A stretch of DNA of 64,000 nucleotides, from assembly GCA_950097015.1 (NCBI GenBank), contig CATNEN010000001.1, forward strand, positions 3,658,001 through 3,722,000, in the 5' to 3' direction. Every line of letters begins with the position of its first letter. Positions within the stretch are counted from its first letter, which is position 1. A program made the position numbers and the translations under genes. This document shows, one piece after another, positions 22,223 through 33,999 of the stretch. The stretch is from Macrostomum hystrix (Eukaryota > Animalia > Platyhelminthes). The notes beneath the pieces are model-generated. The model was not told where the DNA came from and did not search any database. It worked only from the letters and a program-made list of their open reading frames with translations.

Positions 22223-24380
22223 ATAGACATGTTTCTATGACTCGTTTAGTTTATTCTGCGTAACTTGCATCACGTAACCGTGTATATGTATAACTATGTA
22301 TCCTTTTTGTCGTAAACTACTTTGTTGTTAAAGTGACTTCTAGGAACAGTTGGCATATAGAGCTCTTTGACATAGTCACAGAAATTGCAAGGCCGAAAGA
22401 GCTGAGGTAACGGCAGAATTAAAAACTGATAAGAATGTTTAGAGTTTTGACCGTGGCTACCTAGACTGTATGGGTCTCCCCAGAAGTAAAGCCTTATCTA
22501 ATTAGTCTGTGCTCCCCACCCGGTCAGCAACACCCATGAATGTGCCGAATGATTTGTCCACAAATCAAAATTTGTGAACAGGGACCTAAAAACAGGGACC
22601 TTGTATATTAATTTTATTCATGTAGCTATTCTAGCTTTTCCTTGATATATTGTCTGCATTAATTGTTAGCACTTGAATTATTATTACAAATATTTCCCCT
22701 TTTTTCCAAACACAAACATTAGAGCTACTGCTTACCAGTTACATAGTGTACAGATTGAAAATGGAAACGCTATTGCTACTGTGCGAATAATGTCACGAAT
22801 GTTCGAAAATGCTATTATCGCAACAAATAAATTGTCGGTTCGGTTTGTAGACAGTAATCAAGTGCAAGCTAAGTGAAGCGTAAAATACAGCTGGAGCTTA
22901 TCTATTTGTCCATCGGCAAAGATTTAAAAGTTTATAGGTACTTTGAGCTTTGTATTTGCACTTTGACCACATCCGGAAATTCCGCATATGCGGAATTCAA
23001 TTTATAAGGCGTATATCATACATGCACAAAAGGTTTAAAAAGCAAGCGAAGCAAGCTATTTTCGAATTTCGAGAAGCAAGAGTCAACGAAAATGAATATT
23101 GATTTATTGTAGCGCAGTTTAGTATAAAGTATAATTCCGACTGTGGCTGCTTAATTTAGAGCGATTAATTTTGTATAAAAATAGTGAAAGGATGCATAGC
23201 GGGAGAAAATAATGAACACTATCTGTATACATGTGGGATGTAAGCCATAGGCAGATTGCATCCAAACCGGAAAATTTTTGTAGAACTGAATAGTTGCAGG
23301 GTAATAAATGCAAAGCAACTGAAGAAGAGTGAGAATGAGCAGACCAACAGTAAATTGCAGAACTAAAAATGGGAAAGCTCAAGGAGACAATTATAAAAGA
23401 GCTCACAAGTTTCCTGATAAAGGCACTTTAAGCTTTTCTCTCGTACAAAATGCCTGTTGTGTCTATTAAGTAATAAAAACTTATCATCAAATTTATTTCT
23501 CTCGAACCAGTTATTTTACAGTTATTATGCCGCTGAACTGCATGTACGGCAACAGTTTCATGATGCTCGAACTTCTGGGAAGCAGTCTTAGAATAGACAC
23601 TAATATCAATGTCATCCGCAGCTTCCGTTTCTTGACACGCCTGACCGTGTACCAGGCGTCAGGTGTTCATGGAGAACGTCTGGAAAAGTATGGGATGTTT
23701 CAGACCCAATTTACATATTTATCGTTGTCTATAACGATTGCCTGTAATCAGATGGGAAGCATGCGAATCTTTAAGGTGAGCTAGGTTAAGGGTCGGAGAG
23801 TAAATGTTAGTAGCAGCTTAGTATAAATGTTAGTAGAAATGAAAAAATGTACTTTTGCTACAAATTGTAGCAAAAAAAGTTTCCCGATTTCCCAGATAAT
23901 TTGCTGGACTGTTAATTGGACTGTGTGTGCACATGCCCGCTCTGCCATCCAGATACAATATTATGACCGTTGGGACCCAAAGCAGCTCGTTATTGGACAG
24001 CATGAAGGTGGAGTGAGGGGTTATCTTCGTACGCAGTTGCTATCTGCTTCTTTAAATTTGCTTGCTCTAAAGCTTGCTTTCTGGTTAAACACGACACGAA
24101 ACGACACGACAAGACACATGACATTATGGCTACAATCATATTGAATGTGAATAAATTTTGCTACGTTGTAATATTGCATTAGCATTGTGGTGTAATAACC
24201 GCATTTTGATAAATGGTGCTATAATGGCTAAAAGTAAATATTGTTTTACCAGAGATCAATGAAAACTTACACCTGCAAACGGGTATAATTTTACTACTGG
24301 CGCTTATTTAAAGAATTAACGATTAACGATTAAGAATTAAGGAATAAAGGTATCACATAGGTAGCGCAGACAAACCTTTT

Positions 24381-24546
24381 TTATTTGTTGGACGGTGAGA
24401 GAGGGCGCCGGGGCCTCGGCGGCGTGAAGTCAGTGGCCGCCCCGGCCCCCCTTTAACTTCCACCACTGGACCTTCGACTCTCCCACCGTGGTGGGCAGCA
24501 GCTGCCACGGGCTGCTGTTGCTGGGCTGCTGCTGCTTCTCCGACAT
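24381..24546 (-). CDS. Micropeptide paralog (~54 aa), one frameshift in a G homopolymer
   Basis: MSEKQQQPSNSSPWQLLPTTVGESKVQWWKLKG/AGAATDFTPPRPRRPLSPSNK*. The frame is restored by a 1-nt change in the G6 run at ~24446-24451. Confidence 0.5.
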
Positions 24547-24567
24547 CTCGTTATACTTAACGAGAAT

Positions 24568-27538
24568 ATTCACTGATTCACTGATTCACTGATTCACTGA
24601 TTCACTGATTCACTGATTCACTAGCTGATTCACTGATTCACTGATTCACTAATTCACTGATTCACGAGATTCACTGATTCACTGATTCACGAGATTCACT
24701 GATTCACTGATTCACTGATTCACTGATTCACTGATTCACGAGATTCACTGATTCACTGATTCACTAATTCACTAGCTGATTCACTGATTCACTGATTCAC
24801 GAGATTCACTGATTCACTGATTCACTGATTCACTGATTCACTAGCTGATTCACTGATTCACTGATTCACTGATTCACGAGATTCACTGATTCACTGATTC
24901 ACTGATTCACTGATTCACTAGCTGATTCACTGATTCACTGATTCACTGATTCACTAGCTGATTCACTGATTCACTGATTCACTGATTCACAAGATTCACT
25001 GATTCACTGATTCACGAGATTCACTGATTCACTGATTCACTAATTCACTGATTCACGAGATTCACTGATTCACTGATTCACTGATTCACTGATTCACTGA
25101 TTCACTGATTCACTGATTCACAAGATTCACTGATTCACTGATTCACGAGATTCACTGATTCACTGATTCACTAATTCACTGATTCACGAGATTCACTGAT
25201 TCACTGATTCACTGATTCACTGATTCACTGATTCACTGATTCACTAGCTGATTCACTGATTCACTGATTCACTGATTCACTAGCTGATTCACTGATTCAC
25301 TGATTCACTGATTCACAAGATTCACTGATTCACTGATTCACGAGATTCACTGATTCACTGATTCACTAATTCACTGATTCACGAGATTCACTGATTCACT
25401 GATTCACTGATTCACTGATTCACCGATTCACTGATTCACTGATTCACTGATTCACTAGCTGATTCACTGATTCACTGATTCACTGATTCACGAGATTCAC
25501 TGATTCACTGATTCACTGATTCACTGATTCACTAGCTGATTCACTGATTCACTGATTCACTAGCTGATTCACTGATTCACTGATTCACTAGCTGATTCAC
25601 TGATTCACTGATTTACTGATTCACTGATTCACTAGCTGATTCACTGATTCACTGATTCACTGATTCACTAGCTGATTCACTGATTCACTAGCTGATTCAC
25701 TGATTCACTGATTCACTGATTCACTGATTCACGAGATTCACTGATTCACTGATTCACTGATTCACTAGCTGATTCACTGATTCACTGATTCACTGATTCG
25801 CTAGCTGATTCACTGATTCACTGATTCACTGATTCACTGATTCACTGATTCACTAGATTCACTGATTCACTGATTCGCTAGCTGATTCACTGATTCACTG
25901 ATTCACTGATTCACTGATTCACTGATTCGCTAGCTGATTCACTGATTCACTGATTCACTGATTCACTGATTCGCTAGCTGATTCACTGATTCACTGATTC
26001 ACTGATTCACTGATTCGCTAGCTGATTCACTGATTCACTGATTCACTGATTCACTGATTCACTGATTCGCTAGCTGATTCACTGATTCACTGATTCACTG
26101 ATTCACTGATTCACTAGATTCACTGATTCACTGATTCACTGATTCACTGATTCACTGATTCACTGATTCACGAGATTCACTGATTCACTGATTCACGAGA
26201 TTCACTGATTCACTGATTCACCGATTCACTGATTCACGAGATTCACTGATTCACTGATTCACTGATTCACTGATTCACTGATTCACTAGCTGATTCACTG
26301 ATTCACTGATTCACTGATTCACTGATTCACTGATTCACTAGCTGATTCACTGATTCACTGATTCACTGATTCACTGATTCACTAGCTGATTCACTGATTC
26401 ACTGATTCACTGATTCACTAGATTCACTGATTCACTGATTCACTGATTCACTGATTCGCTAGCTGATTCACTGATTCACTGATTCACTGATTCACTGATT
26501 CACTAGCTGATTCACTGATTCACTGATTCACTGATTCACTGATTCACTAGCTGATTCACTGATTCACTGATTCACTAGCTGATTCACTGATTCACTGATT
26601 CACTGATTCACTGATTCACTGATTCACTGATTCACTGATTCACTGATTCACTGATTCACTAGCTGATTCACTGATTCACTGATTCACTGATTCACTGATT
26701 CACTGATTCACGAGATTCACTGATTCACTGATTCACGAGATTCACTGATTCACTGATTCACTAATTCACTGATTCACGAGATTCACTGATTCACTGATTC
26801 ACGAGATTCACTGATTCACTGATTCACTGATTCACTGATTCACCGATTCACTGATTCACTGATTCACTGATTCACTGATTCACTGATTCGCTAGCTGATT
26901 CACTGATTCACTGATTCACTGATTCACTGATTCACTGATTCGCTAGCTGATTCACTGATTCACTGATTCGCTAGCTGATTCACTGATTCACTGATTCACT
27001 GATTCACTGATTCGCTAGCTGATTCACTGATTCACTGATTCACTGATTCACTGATTCACTGATTCGCTAGCTGATTCACTGATTCACTGATTCACTGATT
27101 CACTGATTCACTAGATTCACTGATTCACTGATTCACTGATTCACTGATTCACTGATTCACTGATTCACTGATTCACTAGCTGATTCACTGATTCACTGAT
27201 TCACTGATTCGCTGGCTGATGCACTGATTCACTGATTCACTAGCTGATTCACTAGCTGATTCACTGATTCACTGATTCACTGATTCGCTAGCTGATGCAC
27301 TGATTCACTGATTCACTGATTCACTGATTCACTAGCTGATTCACTAGCTGATTCACTGATTCACTGATTCACTGATTCACTGATTCACTGATTCACTGAT
27401 TCACTAGCTGATTCACTGATTCACTGATTCACTGATTCACTGATTCACTGATTCACTGATTCACTGATTCACTAGCTGATTCACTGATTCACTGATTCAC
27501 TGATTCACTAGCTGATTCACTGATTCACTGATTCACTG
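24568..27538. repeat. 8-bp satellite (ATTCACTG)n, ~3 kb, with recurring 9- and 12-bp variants
   Basis: Variants CACGAGATT, CACTAGCTGATT and CGCTAGCTGATT are interspersed. Confidence 0.97.
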
Positions 27539-27947
27539 CTAAAATGCACTGAAAATTGAAGAGTAAATAAGTAAAAGTAAAGGTAAAGCAAAAGTAGAAG
27601 TGAATAAGAGTAAAATAAGTTTATTAAAAGGTGTTTAAAATCTTCAAATGTTTAGATGGAGTTAGAAGGGTTAAAATGGATTTAAGGTAGTTAAAAGGAT
27701 GGTAATAGTGTAAAGCTAGGTTTCACTAGCTAGAGAAACCTAGCTTTTAGGTCAATGCTCCTGAGCGGCAGCTCATTGCTCATGGATGATGTCAGAGGCA
27801 TTTCAGCTGAAAGCTTAAAAGAGAAGTGAAATGTGGCTGCAAATAATTGAAGATGCTGAAAGGAATTAAGGATTCAAGAAAGTGAAAGCAGTTAAAATGA
27901 TGGTAAAAACTTAGCAAACTGTAGTGAGGTATAGTACATCTTAATAG

Positions 27948-29562
27948 ATGCCAAATTTTCGAAATTTTAAGCAATCAATAATCGCGACCCAACTAGCAGC
28001 TGGCTACAAAAGCAAGATCATTAATCTTAGCGCCGGGTTTGGGGCGGCGGTGAATTAAGTAGCCATCGATCCCCTTCTGGATCTGTCTTGACCCCTGTAA
28101 AGATGACTGATCGCGGGCCCATAACTTTACTGTATGAGCTATTTTAGGTCATAATTCCCCTCCAAACCGCGATCAGATATCGGAAATCACTCAGGCATCA
28201 CTCAGGCTCAGAGCCCAGCTCGAATTATATGACCTTTCCCCTTTAGATACATGTATTGTCACTGTAGGCAGGTCGGCGCCTGCGCTTCCCATTGTCCTGG
28301 CGGAGTAACAATTATTGGCCGACTGCCGGCAGCTGCTCCTAGAGGGGCATCTGTCGTTTCTCGCCGCTGGTTCATTGGGCAATCGGGGTGGCGCATCGCC
28401 GCTCCGATTCCTCGTTGACAGGCCGGCGAGGATGTGGGTTAGTTTGATGGATGTCGAGGTTGGCGTGCTGCAGGACTATTTAAGGAAGCGCGCTGCGCTG
28501 CCCCCAAACCAGACCTCCACGACGCGGGACCCCTTCTCGGACACGAGACGCGACCCGCAAAAACGCCTCGGACCCTTCCGCTCCTCCTGGAGCCACCCTG
28601 TCAAGACTCGGACCCAAACCCAACTTACTTTTAGGGCTTAGACCCTAGAGCTATAAGCTCAACTAACAATAACAGGCCCATCGCCTTTTTAGGTATCCCT
28701 AACAAGTGCAAAGCCACCTCTTTAGGTGAGCTCCTAAATCGAGCCCTGCGCTCAACTGGTGTTTTGGCCCCTTGCCAATTCGCCGCTAAACTTCTCCCAC
28801 TTCTCCTTTTCCCCTTATCTTGCCCAGTCCCCTCCCTCGAGAGCTACAAGCCTGCAGCACGCGACCGGCATTCAGATAAGTAACCCGCGCAGCGGCTTTT
28901 CAATTGCCACTCCTAAGGGATCATTCTGCTAGTTAGGCGGCTGTTGTAGTGGGAACGGGCACTGGGACTTTAGCCTAATAATCATCGTTAGCCAATTATA
29001 TACTTTAGGCCAATTTAATTACAATTTAAATCCATTTTTGTCCGCCTCTATTTTATTTGTCAATAGACAGCCCTCGAACATAAGTGGCTAAATTACTAGG
29101 GGGTGGGCTCTGGCGATGCCGAGCTAAAAAGGCTGCGGCAGGAAGACGACTGTAAGCGACCACCGCTACCAAAGCTAGGAGTCAGTTGCGCACCGCACTA
29201 CTGATGACAGTAGGCCCTGTCTTGTCCGATTCCGGGCAATCCGATGTTCCCTTAGACTTTTCGCCGGTTTCGAGCACAGCTTGGGGTAGCCACGGCAATC
29301 ATGCCTGTGGCCTATGGGACGAGTGGGACTGGCTAGCCTGAGGCCAATAGGACCACTCCCAGCATCCATTGAACCCCTCCATCTCCTCCCCCTTCTTCTC
29401 CCTTTCTCTCAGCGGCTCCCGCAGATAGCCCAGCGGGCAGACAACCGATTATCTTCTCCTTGAACCTCCAAATTAAATGGTTTCCGAGGTGAGATCATCC
29501 CTTCCCAGTGAGCACTCCACATTAAACAAGGGCAAGTCAGTGGTTCAATATCCCTCCACATT
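27948..29562. mobile_element. Unclassified insertion, possibly LTR-like
   Basis: Absent from module copy 1. GC-richer than its flanks, with TATA-like TATTTAAGG at ~28477. No recognisable ORF and no confirmed termini. Confidence 0.3.
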
Positions 29563-30794
29563 ACTGGCTAGAATTGTGGCATCTGGCTGTCTTCACTCTC
29601 ATGGCATAGCTAAGGGCAAATGAGAACTAATCACATATGATTAAAGGCTATGGTAAGTGCTTGAGTACATAATCATTTTTAGTGTTAGCCCAACCCAGCC
29701 CAAGATACCCAACCCACAATTGCTGGTTGCTTGAGCTCTTGGTTTTGATAATGCATGCACAGTAGTTTGCCTTGAAACTGCTGTTTATGAAATTTGAACC
29801 TCTAGCTAATGACTATTTATTTATGAGCACTATTTTCCCCAGGTCTTTATAACACTAGCTAGAATTGTGGCATTGCTAGCTATCTTCACTGAGTTATCTG
29901 ATGTACAGAGTGTACACTTGAGCTGTCAGATCTTGTACCGAGATCAGAAGCTTACTACGCATCTATGTCAGCCCCTAATTGTGAATTGTCTAGCTAGCTG
30001 TTTTATCCTACATTCAGCTACACTGTACACTTATGCTCAAGCCCTGTACATAGTACATACCAGCCTGTGTGACTGTGACTGTGTGCTGTGTGACTGGCTT
30101 TTTGAAGGACAAAAACACTTTTTGACTGGCTGTTGTTAAGCCAAAGTGGCGTCATGACTGACAATGCCGTAGGAAATTTGCGCTGTACATTATGAAAGTT
30201 CCAAATATCAATTCGGTTTTGGTTTACTCGCTTTTTAATTTTATAATATCAAATATTTTAAACATTTTACCCCAGCAACTTCTGGTACAGCTGGAATTGT
30301 TATATACTAATAATTAATTAAGTAAATATTAAGCCGAAATTAATGAAATTCCTCGAATTCTCCTAACTTTTGGAGACTTCTTTTGAATTGACATATTCTC
30401 GATCGCAATCAGGCCGCTCTCTATAATGGACAATCGCCAGTTCCAGCGGCACCATTGCCAGGAGGGAGCCCAGCCTGTGTGGCGTCCTTGGTAACCGGCC
30501 CCTGGCAACAGCATGCGGCATTCCAAGTCAACTTAGTGAATTAGTTTCGTTGTTTTGTTATTCAGTTGTCATGGACTGATTGTCATCAAACTGAGGATCT
30601 GGGATTGTCCCAAACTGAGGATCTGAGATTTACTACTAGCAGTAGAAATATAAATATCCTCATGGTCACAGACATGTATTTTGTTTTCATTCATAGATCA
30701 TTACTAGCAAGTTTTGCCCCCCTTCGGGGAGCAGAAATACTTTTAATTCGTCTGGTATATACCTTTAGCAGCTGAATTTACAGCTTTTTAAAGC

Positions 30795-31750
30795 TACAAT
30801 GAACCCCCAGTTGACAATGATCCCCCAGTTGATGATGATCCCCTAGTTGATGATGATCCCCCAGTTGACAATGATCCCCAAGTTGACAATGATCCCCCAG
30901 TTGACAATGATCCCCCAGTTGACAATGATCCCCCAGTTGACAATAATCCCACAGTTGACAATGAACCCCCAGTTGACAATGATCCCCCAGTTGATGATGA
31001 TCCCCTAGTTGATGATGATCCCCCAGTTGACAATGATCCCCCAGTTGACAATGATCCCCCAGTTGACAATGATCCCCCAGTTGACAATGATCCCCCAGTT
31101 GACAATAATCCCACAGTTGACAATGATCCCCCAGTTGACAATAATCCCACAGTTGACAATAATCCCACAGTTGACAATGATCCCGCCCGTTGACAATGAT
31201 CCCACAGTTGACAATGAACCCCCAGTTGACAATGATCCCCCAGTTGACAAAGATCCCCCAGTTGACAATGAACCCCAGTTGACAACGATCCCCCAGTTGA
31301 CAATGATCCCCCAGTTGACAATGATCCCACAGTTGACAATGATCCCCCAGTTGACAATGATCCCACAGTTGACAATGATCCCCCAGTTGACAAAGATCCC
31401 CCAGTTCACAATGATCCCCCAGTTGATGATGATCCCCCAGTTGACAAAGATCCCCCAGTTCACAATGATCCCCCAGTTGATGATGATCCCCCAGTTGATG
31501 ATGATCCCCAGTTGATGATGATCACCCAGTTGACAATGATCCCCAAGTTGACCATGATCCCCCATTTGATGATGATTCCCCAGTTGACAATTATCCCCCA
31601 GTTGACCATTACCCCCTAGTTGACAATGATCCCCCAGTTCACAATGATTCCCCAGTTGACAATTATCCCTAGTTTACCAAGATCCTCCAGTTGACGATTA
31701 TCCCCCAGTTTACCTTGATCCCCATTTTGATGATGACTCCTCAGTTGACG
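30795..31750. repeat. 18-bp minisatellite (CAGTTGACAATGATCCCC)n
   Basis: Tandem units that decay towards the right. Confidence 0.95.
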
Positions 31751-31769
31751 TTGATTTGACGTCAGCCTC

Positions 31770-32473
31770 AGCCATGATTCAAACTCTGGTGTAGCCATGA
31801 TTCAGACGCTGGTTTAGCCATGATTCAGACTCTGGTTTAGCCATGATTCAAACTCTGGTGTAGCCATGATTCAGACGCTGGTTTAGCCATGATTCAAATT
31901 CTGGTTTAGCCATGATTCAAACTCTGGTTTCGCCTTGATTCAAATTTAGCCATGATTCAGACTCTGGTTTAGCCATGATTCAGACTCTGGTTTAGCTATG
32001 ATTCAGACTCTGGTTTAGCCATGATTCAGACTCTGGTTTAGCTATGATTCAGACTCTGGTTTAGCTATGATTCAGACTCTGGTTTAGCTATGATTCAGAC
32101 TCTGGTTTAGCCATGATTTAGTCTCTGGTTTAGCTATGATTCAAACTCTGGGTAAGCCATGATTCAAACTCTGGATTAGCTATGATTCAGACTCTGGTTT
32201 AGCTATGATTCAGACTCTGGTGTAGCCATGATTCAGACGCTGGTTTAGCCATGATTCAAATTCTGGTTTAGCCATGATTCAAACTCTGGTTTCGCCTTGA
32301 TTCAAATTTAGCCATGATTCAGACTCTGGTTTAGCCATGATTCAGACTCTGGTTTAGCTATGATTTAGTCTCTGGTTTAGCTATGATTCAAACTCTGGGT
32401 AAGCCATGATTCAAACTCTGGTTTAGCCATGATTAAAACTCTGGGTTAGCCATGATTCAAACTCTGGTTTAGC
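31770..32473. repeat. 23-bp minisatellite (AGCCATGATTCAGACTCTGGTTT)n
   Basis: Tandem units directly abutting the 18-bp array. Confidence 0.95.
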
Positions 32474-33522
32474 ATAAGGGAATTAAAAATTTCCCACTTA
32501 TTTTCAAAATTAAATTTAAAAAATTTGCTTTGCATCCATCACTACTGACTGAAAATTATTTCAAATATTTGACGCAGTGCAGAGTCGAACCAAGGACACT
32601 TCGCCTAGCCTAGTCGCTTAGTAAGTGTTACAGTAGCGAATAACACTTTTTTACACCAAACATGCAGGACTTTTATTATTATTTTACAAGTATACACGAA
32701 GGCTGTGTTGAGTATAACCTAGTCACTGTATTCAGGATTAGGGTGAATAAAGCGAGGCAGATATAAATACCTTTTCAAAATGTGTGTGGGATATAGGATA
32801 ATTCCCATCCCAATATAAGAGCGGTATAGGGGATAAATTTCACACGTCACAGAGTGTGATAAGGTAAAGAAAATTGAAAGAAAAGACAAAAAACTAACAG
32901 ATCATATATATTTTTCTTATTTATCATATCATGTTATGAATCTACCAGATGGTAATGACTCATGATCATTTAATGAGTAATTAATGAGTAATGATCATGC
33001 AATTACGATACAGCGTACTTTTGGTATCAAGCAAGCGAAAGAAAATGAGAAGCGTGATTTATAAAACGTGTATTTAAAGCAAATCATTTCATCGAGAGAA
33101 AAGGCGTCACTTAAACAAATAATTGCTATCCAAGCTGCGGAAGCACTTAAAAGCATTTGTCTGAATGCATATAAATAGTTTGAGTATATAAGTTGCCAAA
33201 TATAAAAAGCAAAATATAATAAGAATATATATTTGACAGACAAGTTTTGGACGATATAAAAAATTTACAAACATACTACTTAAGGCGGCAGTAGCACACT
33301 AAAATTAGCAACAAAAAGCTGAAAGCTCAATAAGATATCATAGAGAATTAGAAAATTAACAAAGCAAAGCTTCACAATCCAAAAAATCAAAGTGCCAAAT
33401 TTGGCCGAGACAGATTTCGAGTACGGTGATAGAGGTAAAATATTGTCCACGTCATAATTTACAAGTTTTAGGATACTAGATATAAAATCAATAACTGTGC
33501 TTGTCCATATTATAATTCATTA

Positions 33523-33727
33523 AAAGGCGTGGGGTGGTTGTGAGTTTGACTGAAGCGCGCGTACATAGAAGGGTTTAGAAATGTTAGAAGGCGTGGGGTG
33601 GGTGGGAGTTTGACTGGAATGCGCGTACGAAGAGGGTTAGGAAATGTTTGAAGGCGTGGGGTGGGTGGGGGTTTGACTGGAGTGCGCGAACATAGAAGGT
33701 TAGGAAAAGTTAAAAGCCGTGGGGTGA
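33523..33727. repeat. ~64-bp tandem repeat, about 3 copies
   Basis: AAGGCGTGGGGTGGGTGGGAGTTTGACTGGA... recurs. Confidence 0.75.
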
Positions 33728-33999
33728 ATTCGCATTTATTATTTAATTTAAGTATTGATTTTCAAGGGAATTCGGGTATGCAAAACGACTGAAATATAAA
33801 ACTTTTGTACAACACATAAAACGTAAAAACAAGAAACAAAAATGGTACAATGACAGATTAAAATTACCAATAGGAGCAAAAAAGCGTATGATAATAGATC
33901 GTATTAGAATAATTGCAGAAAAATTTCGGCATAAAAATTTTCACAATTATTAAAAAAATAACGAAAACAAGTAATAATTGAAACTCATTCAAGTTTAAC

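Larger units (their letters stand above)
23588..29794. repeat. Copy 2 of the dispersed module, expanded by a 3-kb satellite and a 1.6-kb insertion
   Basis: Colinear with 6317-8479. Confidence 0.9.

Noticed and set aside
30794-31798. GGSLST / IPQLTM repeat ORFs
   Set aside because: Products of the 18-bp minisatellite; no unique coding context.
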